NCBI RefSeq assembly: GCF_003704095.1
Contig: NW_020844573.1
Coordinates: forward strand, 62,001-126,000
DNA: 64,000 bases
Source: Pocillopora damicornis
Lineage: Eukaryota
Reading direction: 5' to 3'
In this document: piece after piece, positions 53,421-64,000 of the stretch
Numbering within the stretch: position 1 is the first letter of the stretch
Layout: each line of letters starts with the position of its first letter
Notes under the pieces: generated by a model
What the model saw: only the letters and a program-made list of their open reading frames with translations
Database searches by the model: none
Told to the model about the DNA's origin: nothing
Program-made: the position numbers and the translations under genes

Positions 53421-54053
53421 TGGTGAAAGACACCTGTGTTGTTTCTACTACACATGATTACAATTAAAAAAAATACTTATAATTGAACACAAAATGCAGT
53501 GCCTTATGGGAGTACTATTGGATTTTGTAAAAGTTCATTAGTATCATGATCAAGAAGCCCTCACATATCAAAATTACAATGCTTGTTGTTGTTGTAGTTG
53601 TTTCACTGTAATCAGTTTTGTGGAATCACAATTATTCATGAACCAGTTTTTCAAAGAAACAAGTTCCTTGCTGACAAACTGCTTTTTAACTAATCTCAAG
53701 GCAAGTATTCACACCCACAGTCAAAAGTCAAATGGTAAGATGCTCCTGCTGGTATTGGACCATTCCAGTTGTTATCGCAGATTTGTAATAAGAGACTTTA
53801 TTCTACATCAATGTATATAAGATACCAAATTAGCAACTTTTGCTGCCAATTAAGTCAAAATAACCTTTTTTCTATCACCTCCTCATTGGCTTTTGAGGAT
53901 TCCATCTAGGCCTCCTCAATCATCCTAATCCAAAATGGCAGCAAACAAAATGAAAATCATTACATGTGTAACACTTTTCCAACCCAAACAAAAACATTTA
54001 CAATGATCGTCAGAAGAAGTTCAAAATGGTTAGTCTTATTTTAATATTTCAAG

Positions 54054-55017
54054 TTACTCTTTCTCCTCTTCATTTCCAGAATCACTATTTGAATTGCTTT
54101 TTTCATCCTCACTTCCTGAATATTGATCACCTTCTTTTTCTTGATCATGCTTCCTATTCAATTTTCTCTGCTCTTGCAACTGTTGGAGTATTTCATCTTT
54201 TGTGAGATATCTTTTGTTGCAATGCTTGTGAATGGATTCCCTTGCTTCTCTTCTGCATTTCCTTTTCTTGTAACTCAAAGAGACACCAGTGCACTTGGAA
54301 CAAGGTTTCCCAGCATGACAGACAAACAACTGACACTTTGAAGAAAAAGCTCTATTTTGCATTGGAACTTCATTGTTGTTTAAAGACTTTAGGACTCCAG
54401 TTTGATGCAGAATTGGAGACACACTTGAGTCATCATCAGAAAGACTGCACCCCAGACATAATTTAGAAGTGTCTATAAATTCCAATACAAGCTTAGCTTG
54501 TTCATGCACAGTTAGCTCTTTGACAATTCTTTCAATATTCAGGGTAGACAAATGGAGCTCACATGAACGAGACTTGACAGAGTAAGATACATTTTTCTCA
54601 GGAGATAATTCCATCACAATCTCTTTATAAATCCGCTGGTTTCCAAATTCCCAAGGCTCAGGATGTATAAAGCAAATTCTACAAGGATTGTCCACAACCC
54701 TAAACCAACCTGTTGGTAGCATGAATGTATCATCTTTAGCCAACTGTTCAAAATCATTTGTCACATCATAGTCTGGAGGCTGCACAGTTTGTCCTTGTTT
54801 CCGAGTTAAATTCAACACATAGGCCTTTCTATCAATTCTTTGACCTCTTTTGACTTTCTTGACTCTATCACCCCACAAAAGATTAATGAGTTCCCCGAAA
54901 AATTGACGACTTGCAGAGATTTCTATTCCCAGGCTGTCTCTCTCTCTTGCAGCATGTTCCACAATTTCATTAAGCAATGTCAGGCAACCTTGTGAATAAG
55001 TATAATTCCTCAAGAGC
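54054..55017 (-). CDS. Uncharacterised ORF/terminal exon of about 320 aa, possibly derived from the N-terminal part of a P-element-like transposase
   Basis: 960-nt ORF preceded by acceptor ttatgttag at 55018. Motif FSSKC-x9-CSKC followed by HCNKRYLTKDEILQQL and a coiled-coil/acidic tail. No catalytic domain seen; the family call is from recall only. Confidence 0.5.
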
Positions 55018-55825
55018 CTAACATAAGACAGATATTAGATATAGTTAGCCAGAGGCATAGGTGGTAAACCAATAGAAAGTGTGGTCTATTGCTTTTGTGG
55101 GTTTACTGTGCAATAGATGATAGGTTTTCGACCAATCAGGACACCTGTTTTGGTAACCCTATCTTTTTCTTACAGTACCCCCTTTGGCGACTTTTTGTAA
55201 TGTTTTATTGTTTTTTTTTTTTTAATTTTTTGTGTCTGTTTGCAAGGGTCGTTTTCTCCAGGCAAACATTGCGCTTCCTGGAATCAATGAATCATACTAA
55301 CAGGCAGTGTTCAAACTATGCTAGCACGAGTTACGGTTCTGTACGTTGCTGCGCAAGTAGTAAGAACGGGTTCATGAGAACTGGCCGACCGGTTCCTCAA
55401 ATGACTCAGCCGGTTTGGCCACAAACTGGTCTGTGAGGTCTAACAACTGAATCCCGTTCAATATACGGCCAAGAATATCTGACGGGTCACTTGAAGTGAT
55501 GGAAAGCTTCTCTGATCTACTTTGATGACAATCATACCTAAGAAAACAACAAATGGGTTTGCAGGCCGAGGGTTCTAATTCAAGGGGGATTTCTCTCACC
55601 ATAACTTCCACTGATGACGGGACCGACCATTGAGGGAAGACGCTCTCTTCCGCTTCAAATTTGAAGCACCGTTTTCTACATCGACCTCTTCGTGAGCTCT
55701 ACTTAACTCTGCATTTTGCATTGCTGCTTCGGAGGTAGACATCGTGTTCAAAATGGCGCCCCTCCGGTGGAAAAGATCCTTGGGAAAAGTGATGATCGGT
55801 ACCAGTCCCCTCACACTTAATTCGT

Positions 55826-55845
55826 CCTCTTTGACGCCATCTTGA
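55826..55845 (+). promoter_or_regulatory. TCT/5'-TOP-like start site and YY1-like GCCATCTTG of RPL39
   Basis: tcctctttgacgccatcttg about 40 nt upstream of the RPL39 ATG, typical of ribosomal protein gene starts. Confidence 0.6.
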
Positions 55846-55869
55846 AGAGTGAGCTAGTTATTCCTCAAA

Positions 55870-56928
55870 ATGGTGAGTATTGAGTCATATTTAACTTTAT
55901 TGGAATCACACAAAGAGGGTTTCTTCCGCTAGATCCATTTATTAAAGTATTATTGACTGGATTCGCTCGCGATTGTAGCAAGATGACCAAAGAGAGTGCT
56001 AATTTTGTAACAATTTCACGATGTTGTACCGTGGTTGAGTTTATGTTGTTCTAAATTTCTTTACTCTAGCCGTCCCACAAAAGCTTCAAAATTAAGAGAG
56101 TGTTGGGCAAGAAAATGAAACAGAATAGGCCTATCCCTCAGTGGGTGAGGCTCAGGACTGGAAATACCATCAGGTGGGTCACTGTTCAACTGTACGAGAG
56201 CACTATCCGTCCTTTAGAAGCTCCCTAAACTTAACGACAATTTGTACGATAGCGCAGGGAAAAAAACAGAAGATCAGGGCTCAGTTGTATAAAGGGCGGA
56301 TAACACTATCCGACGGATAAAGTGCCATCCAGCGGCTAACTGTTAACTAAATGTACAGCACTTTTCACCGGGTAGCGATTTATCCAGTGGATAGCGTTAT
56401 CTTTATTCGAACAACCAGTGCTGGAACAGTAAAGAAATCTTCGAGGGTGTTTAAGGCAATCGATATGAAAGCTACTAAAGATACCTTACCATCAGAGAAG
56501 AAATTTTGCAGAATGTGTATAAGACTTATGTTGATTTGCATGTGAAGTATCCTTACTAAAGTGGAGCAAGAAACTAAACAACTTAACAATAATGTTATTT
56601 AGAAATCTCTAGTGTGTTATGTACTCGGAGTATTTTTCCTACCAAATAAAATTTATTGTCTGCCCAGCTGCAAATTCATAAAGTGACCTATTGAAACATT
56701 TTTGCAGTGTGAGTTAATGGTAAACAGCTTTTGGTTTTGTAGATGATCACTAACACTTTAAATTTGTAAGACAAGCATGAATCTTAGTAGCTTTTGGTCA
56801 CTGGACTCAAGGAGGACACTCTCATTGTGATGATCAGAATTCAGATTATTAACCTCATCCTATAATTGTTTGATTTCAGATACAATGCAAAGAGACGTCA
56901 TTGGCGTAGAACCAAGTTGGGACTGTAG
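55870..56928 (+). CDS. RPL39: 60S ribosomal protein L39 (eL39), 51 aa
   Basis: Exons 55870-55872 (ATG), 56070-56173 and 56880-56928 give [51 protein letters not shown]. Absent from the ORF track because it is short and spliced. Confidence 0.99.
56275..56423. mobile_element. Palindromic MITE in RPL39 intron 2
   Basis: Imperfect inverted ends cagggctcagttgtataaagggcggataacactatcc / ggatagcgttatctttattcgaacaaccagtgctg with repeated atcc-nnn-ggata motifs. Confidence 0.7.
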
Positions 56929-58163
56929 AAGAAATCACAAATCTTTGTCATACTTCATACCAGAGTTTGTGTTAAAATGGCAACAATCAACATCAACTTT
57001 GTGATATCTCTGTACAAAACCCATTAAAGCTTGTTAAACCAACTATTGTAGACTTATGTTGTTACTATATCTAGAAAATAGAATATTGACCTTTTTGAGA
57101 GAGTCAGTACAATTGGATGAAATGTCTGATGACAAAGTATTATGGTGATATTGGTAAGCTATGCATGTCTAATAACTTGAAACAGTCATTTTTCTCTAAG
57201 TTCTAATTAAATAGGTCTTTAGAACACTGCATACTTGGGTAAAAAGCAAACAGTCTTGAAAATTGTTAAGTTTGCATCCTTTAATCAGTAGCCATGTTGA
57301 AGTTCAAACTTCTCACAGAGATAAATTTGGATTCATGTCCATCTTTTCTCTTGTGAAGAGAAATTTTGACTCTACATGTATCCTTTTGAAATATGGTGTG
57401 TGATACAAGAGAATCAATGCTGAATTTTTGGAGTGTGAAGGGCTTAACCCATGTTCTGTGGATAGCCAAGGAATGGTTAAGCCTGAGAAACCATAAACCT
57501 ACTGATTGTGACAATTCTCCCTCTCACTGCTCAATGTTTTCTGGTGAATAAGTTCAGAGCATTTATTGATGGATCAAAATAACACTCTGTACTTGAAAGC
57601 CTATCTATTTCTTGTACCTGTTTGGTGAACAATGTATTAAAATTCAAAAGAGAAAGAACAATTTACTTGCATACTTTGGATGTGATACACTAAGAAGGAG
57701 CATGAGGGAAGGATAAAGATTAGCCAGAGAAGTATATATAGAAGGATATACTAAGAAGGATATACACTGTTATCTCCTTTCAACATTTCTTGGAATTTTT
57801 CTTCAAGTAAATAAACAGTCATCAGGTGTTTTTCAATGTTTGTTCTTCAAGAGCTGAGTCTAAAACTGGTGCCACACACTTCTTGGTCCCCATGCTTGCG
57901 TTAGAAGGGTAAAGTCAGCTTTCAAGCCTCATTGGCCCATTTTGTTCATAGAAATCTCTCTTTCTGTGGCATAATGCAACTTGGAGTATTGCTCTTTCAC
58001 CTTCCACTGAAGGTTTCTGCCTGGCATTTTGTCAGTGCTCTTAAGTGTCAAGAAACCAATAGTCTCTGTAGACAATCTCTGATTGAACAAATGCTTGTAT
58101 AGAGATTACACTAGTGAGCCTGAATATTCTCATTTAAAACTCTGACTGCTCTCACTCTGAAAG

Positions 58164-60893
58164 GTTATGGTATTTGCTTTGGTGGGAAACTAAACTTTGG
58201 TGTCAGGGTCACATTATCATAGTCAAAGTCTGTATCCAGAGTGAATGGCTGAACCTCATCAGTATCTTCAACTTCCTGAAAAAGGGAAATGACCTACATA
58301 AGTACCATTTTGCTAAATATCTCTCTCTTACTAAAAAAATACCAGGTGTATCCACAGATGATTCATGACAGTGTATAGTTTCTGTTGGGCTTTGACACCT
58401 GTTGTGGTTATTCATCTAGCTGAAATACTACAATCAGTATGATATAAATTGAAGCATGATGCAACACCCATGTGCAGGCTCAATGGGGTTCGTTATTTCT
58501 GGAAATTCAGAAGAATTCCATAAAACTTGATATTGAGAAACAATTATTAGGAAAATCAGTCAAAACAATGAACCAATTTCCAGTTGACAAATGTGAAAGT
58601 GTTAATTATGGGCCTTTCTCCAGGTCAACTGGCAAATTTATTTCATTGAAGTGAATATTTTTTAACATTTTTTCTTATTGGTTGAAAAAAAAGCACCAAC
58701 TTAAACACACATTACCTCACTTGGGCTTCTTTGATCATTCTTTCTGTCACAATTATTTATTCTTGTGGAAATCTGTAATTGTGTTATTTTGGGTGACACA
58801 ATTCCATCAGAAGTGTTATCTAAAAATCAGTAAAAGACAGAAGATTAGTAAATTTTAATCATTTCAATCAGCAATTTATTTCTATTAAACACACAGAATC
58901 ATAGCATTCTGCTTATTTTCTGTCCCTTTACCTTGCTCCTCATTCATTTTGCTATCATCAACTTCCCCAGGAAGTACTGAAGCATCTCCTGCAGGTAAAG
59001 ACAACAGTCTGTCAATGGCTTGGACCATATATTGACAATGGAGTGATAAACAGAACTAGAATCTGATAACAACTTTGACAAGAAATGCAACATCCTGATC
59101 CCTGCATCTACCTCCTCTTAAACCCATCCCAGAAGGAATTCAGTTTATCACAAAGAACTAAAGTCAGTTACCAGAGGTTATCTGGTTTTATAAAACTGAC
59201 ATAAATGAAGGCTCCCCAAAAAATGTGTATATTTTATCCATTACCTGGGAGATAATATATTTCTTTAGTTGCTTCAATGCCTAAATCAACGTTAGCTGGC
59301 ATATCTCTTGCAGCTGAGTTCGTATCTTCTACATGCTTCAAAGAATTTGAGCTAGTCACTGCTGAGGGAGAATAACCAGATGTGAATATGCCATCCTCCA
59401 ACACGGAGTCAACATTTGAAATGGACTCTTCATCCTCACTCTCCTCATCTTCACATTCAACAAAGTTATCAACCTGCGACAAGAACAAAAAACAAAGACT
59501 CAATAATTTTAACTTTATTATTCTGAGCTGTTGCCTACTGGACTACATGTTGGATCTTTCTTTCAACAACTGCAACTTAAAAATGAGAAGAATTTTGCAA
59601 AGTCAGCTCATTATTTTTGTATGGACCAAAAGAGAGTGGACTGTGACACAACAGTTTACTGGTAGCATGGGATTGAAACTGGATTTACATGCACTGCTGT
59701 AGCTCTACTGTGTTATCATGCTAGGATCTGAATTAAGCCAGTGCAGATTGAAATGTGAAGGATGAAAAAACGTATGGTAAACCTATTTCTGGAAATAACT
59801 GATTTGCAAAGTACCAAAATAGCAGGGTCTGCATTTGTAATGATCTAATTCCAAGGATACACTTGAAAAATTGGTGCAGATTTATTGGTAGCATTAAACC
59901 AAAGATTATTACAGTAAATTTTAAATGTCATCTTCCAAGCTCTAAGTTAATTGCAAATAGACTCAGCTCTATATGAGGGTAACATATATGAACCAATGTA
60001 ACACACATCAACCAATGAAACACACAATTACCTGGAGGATTTTTCCACCTGATGACTCAGGTGTTCTCATGAGAAATGGAACCGATGTTGAACCAGGCCC
60101 TAGTACCTACAGGTTCAAAATCAAGAGTAACTGTTTAATTGAGTATCAGTAAAAGTTTTCTTATCAGGTCTCTGTTCAGATGGGTCATTGAGAAAAAATG
60201 AAAAATTAAAAAACTGTGTAAATTGTTTCAAGAAATAACAGATCTTCAAAGAGACTTGTCCATGTCAGTACCCCTGTCCCTGAAGCTGAGACAAGTGCCT
60301 CATTCCCCCAAAACTCCATTAATTCAAAAGAGCGTTTGTCTTTCAGAACTGATTATTTCCCATTTTGGGAAGTATGAACTTACTTCCTCGGGTATGCTGT
60401 CACTCTCTGTCCACTGGCCCTTTGTTTCCATTGAGTTGTGGTCGTCGACATTACGCTTTGCCATCTTGTTGTGACCGGACGCACCATTTTGGAGATCGTG
60501 GGTATTCCCTTGAGAACTGCCAATTTTTGATCCAGAAATATCATCTGTAAAAGGTACATTCGTTCAAGGAAATAATTTTAGTTGAGCCAGCACCTGATGA
60601 AGGCAACTTAAAAACTTTATCAAGCAAATTAACCCAGAAGTTGATGAGCTTGTTTGATCTCCAGAAAGGATCTATTTGTTTCTCTAACAGCTAGGCCGTA
60701 CCTATTTCAAGCTGTCACAGTTTGAATTAGAACTTTTTTGTCACTCACCCTTATTTAGGAACATAAAACTCTGCACAAATTCATCGTAAGACTGCTCTTC
60801 CTTTCCAAATATCTCATCAAGTGCTTCCTTGGCATACTGATCAAGATCTGGAGAAGATTCGTCGCTCTTAACGACTCCTTCACCTTTCGCCAT
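58164..60893 (-). CDS. IFTAP: Intraflagellar transport-associated protein (C11orf74 family)
   Basis: Seven in-frame exons (about 60893-60749, 60544-60384, 60106-60032, 59473-59245, 58989-58933, 58819-58716, 58277-58164). Family motifs [25 protein letters not shown] and [23 protein letters not shown]. Confidence 0.88.
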
Positions 60894-60947
60894 GATTGTT
60901 TTTTCAGTCTCCAAAGAGCCGAATGGAGACTGAGCACTAGGATCCGT

Positions 60948-60960
60948 GTAACCAAGCACC
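60948..60960. promoter_or_regulatory. RFX X-box-like motif between IFTAP and DNAI7
   Basis: GTAACCAAGCACC is close to an X-box (GTnrCC-n-RGyAAC) and lies in the 98-bp spacer between two ciliary genes. Confidence 0.5.
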
Positions 60961-60991
60961 GAAATTGAAAACATACCCGAACGGCGGGAAG

Positions 60992-63752
60992 ATGGTGAGA
61001 AAATTATCCTCCTTTAAGCCCATTTTTTTCCAAGAAATGTTAATTTTAGCACTTCCTCAGGATAATTTGACTGTTCCAGTACCCTGCGTAGGACTAAGAT
61101 AGGTTCTGACGTTTGCAATGCGAAATAATTCGATCATGTACATTGCATATAGATTGCATTTTTTGTAGACAATTCACTTGATTATTAGTTGACAAGCTGA
61201 AATGCAATGCATTGCTAAGCTTTAGAATTATATTATACATTATGCTCCAACTAATTGAGATGCTGAATGTGACCTGCTGCCGATTCAGACGGCCCAGCTC
61301 ATGCAGTTAATGTTATAGATCCTACATGTCAGCAACATGTCAGCTGTAACAAATCAAAGTGGCGTAACCCCTTTCTCTCCTAAAATTCAGTGAGATTCAG
61401 TATCTTAACTGTCGCCCTTATCACCATAAATTTGCGACAATGTTCGTGAGATTTTTTGCCCCAATTTGATATATATATATTTTTAATTTTTGTCGATTTT
61501 CCCCCGGTCTGCTTGACATTGTTCACATTTATCTGCATTTGAGGAGAAGTTATTCTTTGATCACATATTAGAGTAAGAGAATTGAGTTCAAATCTTCATT
61601 GCCTAATATTTATGATGAACTTGCATAAATTTAAGTTGATTATCCAGTTGTGACTCTTAATTTTCTGACTCTCAAACACCCATAAATTGGTGATCAAATC
61701 AGTGAATTGCTTTTTAACTGTTTTATTGAATCCTTTATACAAAAAGCCTCCTAAACCGCCTGCTAAGGGAAAGAAGAGTGCAAAACTCTCAAAAGCAGAG
61801 AAGGAGAAGTTGAAGAAAGAAGAAGCAGAGAGGAAAGCCAGAGAAGAGGGTGAGAGATGTACTTCAGTAATCAACAGAGAGTCCTTGGCATTTTAGGGTA
61901 AAATTTCCACTTTAAAATTTCCATTTTAGNNNNNNNNNNNNNNNNNNNNNNNNNNNNNNNNNNNNNNNNNNNNNNNNNNNNNNNNNNNNNNNNNNNNNNN
62001 NNNNNNNNNNNNNNNNNNNNNNNNNNNNNATTACTCAGGAGAAGAAACTGTTAGCCAGTTGTTCTCAATGATTTATCAGCACTGATCAGTTTGCTGAAAA
62101 AAGTTTATAAGAAAATTAAATGGATACATATCATTATTTTACAGCTTATAGAAGAACTTGAGGGTTTTCTATCAAATTCAGAAGATGAGGGTTTTACAGA
62201 GGATGATGTTCAAAGGCTTAAACAGGTTGATACTGTTTTTGATATCATTTTACTTTCAGTATTGTATTATCATTACAATTCATTAAATATAAACAAAGTC
62301 ATATAGACTATACATACTTGTTCATGATTGTCTGTGATCAAGGAGTGGCCAAGGGGCTAAAGATGCACAGAGTGTCAAAGTGTACCTGCCAACAAGGTGG
62401 ACTGAATAATATGTGTGTTTTGTTGATAACCTGATTATAGTCAGACTCCTGAAGGAGATAGTTCCTGAAGAATTCCACAAAGTGTTGACACAACTATACA
62501 TTTCAGCTGTTAAGGTTACTATTCCATAGCTCTCACTTAGAAATTAGTAACACCAGATTAGCAGATAAACAGCCAATATTGAATTTCTTAGAAGAAGGTG
62601 GACAGTAGGTCCTGCATGGACACAAACTTTTCCTTTTCCTTCTGATAAGAGAGAGGTGCATGTAAATATAAGTGACCTGGACTGTCTGAAAACAAGGCTA
62701 GTAGATATGTTTCCTTTTTTCTTTACTGTGCTCAAGATATTTAGCTTCCAATATTTGATGATGGTATAAATTGTACTCTTTTACAGTCAGTGATTAAACT
62801 TCAAGAATTGATAAGCTATAAGTTGGATGAGGCAACCATGAATCTTCTGCAGGTGACTAATTACAGCAGCTGTGTCTTTTAGAAATGATCAGCCTTAAAA
62901 TTCCTTTTGCTATTTAATTAGACCATCAAAGAGACAGGTAATGAGAATTCAGAAAATTAAGATTAGCAAACAAAGAAATGTTTTGTCCTTAATTAAGAGA
63001 AGTGTCTTACAGATACAAAAAGTTGACAGGTGGAACGTTTGTAAGTTTTATAGGAACTGAGAAGGAGTGTTCTGAACCACTCATCACAAGAGTAAATAAA
63101 ACCACATGTAAACATTCTGATAATTATTAACTATAAAATTCTACACAGTTTATGTCCACTAACTCAACAGTAACAATATGATCTATCCTAGAATGCTTCT
63201 GATGATGTAGATCCTGATACTCAAAATTTACAGTATATGAGTGCATCAGAAAACATAACGGTTTGTGTCTGGGGAAACATAGCCAAGAATCCAAGGTTTG
63301 GTGCATTTTTTTTTTTTTTGTATTAGACCAAAACTTGTAAGCCTTTATATATTTTTTCCAACAGTCTGATCATTTGATTATTGTGTTAATTTATTATTTT
63401 ACTTAATACTTATAACTGATTACAGAATGAGCAATTATGGTAAACTATCTATTTTCTACCCAGTAATCATGTGCAAAGTTTCTAGTGATAAATAGTTAAT
63501 ACTGATAAGATATATATATATATTATTTGCTTTATTTTGCTCCAGAGTGAAGTCATTTTCATTTGAGAAGATGGGATTTACAATGGACATTCCAAGAGTT
63601 ATTTCCATTGGCAGTATGGCTGTTCGTGTCATGTACACTAAGTATGATCATCTATCACCATTGTCCAAATCTTTCCATCCAAAGCTAAAGGTTAAGCCTC
63701 CAGAAGTTGTCGTAGATGAGGTTGTTCCTGCAGAAGAAGCTGATGGAGAAGG
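60992..63752 (+). CDS. DNAI7: Dynein axonemal intermediate chain 7 (CFAP94/CASC1/IC97), 5' part; interrupted by a gap and continuing past the window
   Basis: ATG|gtgag at 60992; exon 61747-61849 PPKPPAKGKKSAKLSKAEKEKLKKEEAERKAREE; later exons KLQELISYKLDEATMNLLQ, DPDTQNLQY...VCVWGNIAKNPR, and GFTMDIPR...AVRVMYTKYDHLS. Confidence 0.88.
61930..62029. other. Assembly gap inside DNAI7
   Basis: 100-N run. The coding sequence expected between exon 2 and the exon near 62145 is missing. Confidence 0.97.
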
Positions 63753-64000
63753 GGTGATGTTCTTTTTTTTGTTTTGTTTTGTTTTGTTTTGGACAGTTTT
63801 AATAAAATGATTTTAGCTATAACTAAGTCTAAAAGCAAGGTTTCAGATTTAAACCAAAGATCCAACTAATTATCAATGAAGTTTTATATTCAGTATTCTG
63901 ATTATAACTGACCAATCATTCCTTGACCCTATAGCCCCTGACTAGCTTCCAATTTCTCTTTACAATATCACCCCAGGATCCAACATTAAGGTCACAAGAA

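Noticed and set aside
56660-56850. Possible intronic snoRNA in RPL39 intron 2 (vertebrate RPL39 hosts an H/ACA snoRNA)
   Set aside because: Hairpins are present but I could not place a convincing H box plus ACA box, or C/D boxes. A snoReport/Infernal search would settle it.

Overview
AT-rich, intron-containing animal DNA with three N gaps. The repeat families look like those of a stony coral (inference from recalled repeats, not a search). Spliced gene models built by hand, left to right: a possible first coding exon of a minus-strand gene leaving the window; about 10 kb with no recognisable gene; an unrecognised 7-exon secreted precursor of about 311 aa with basic processing sites and a Cys-rich C-terminal peptide (-); an EBP-like/EXPERA ER protein (-); ZDHHC17/13-like ankyrin-DHHC palmitoyltransferase (-) with an AT-AC minor-spliceosome intron; KMT5B/C (SUV4-20) methyltransferase (-); an intronless TRIM-NHL gene (+) followed by a decayed partial tandem copy; a 319-aa ORF that may derive from a transposase (-), head-to-head with RPL39 (+); and the ciliary genes IFTAP/C11orf74 (-) and DNAI7/CFAP94 (+), head-to-head with 98 bp between start codons. 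Several MITEs, SINE fragments, two hammerhead-like motifs and a 10-bp-periodic array lie in between. The best novelty candidate is the orphan secreted precursor at 11218-17069. Most short ORFs in the track are spurious or exon fragments.
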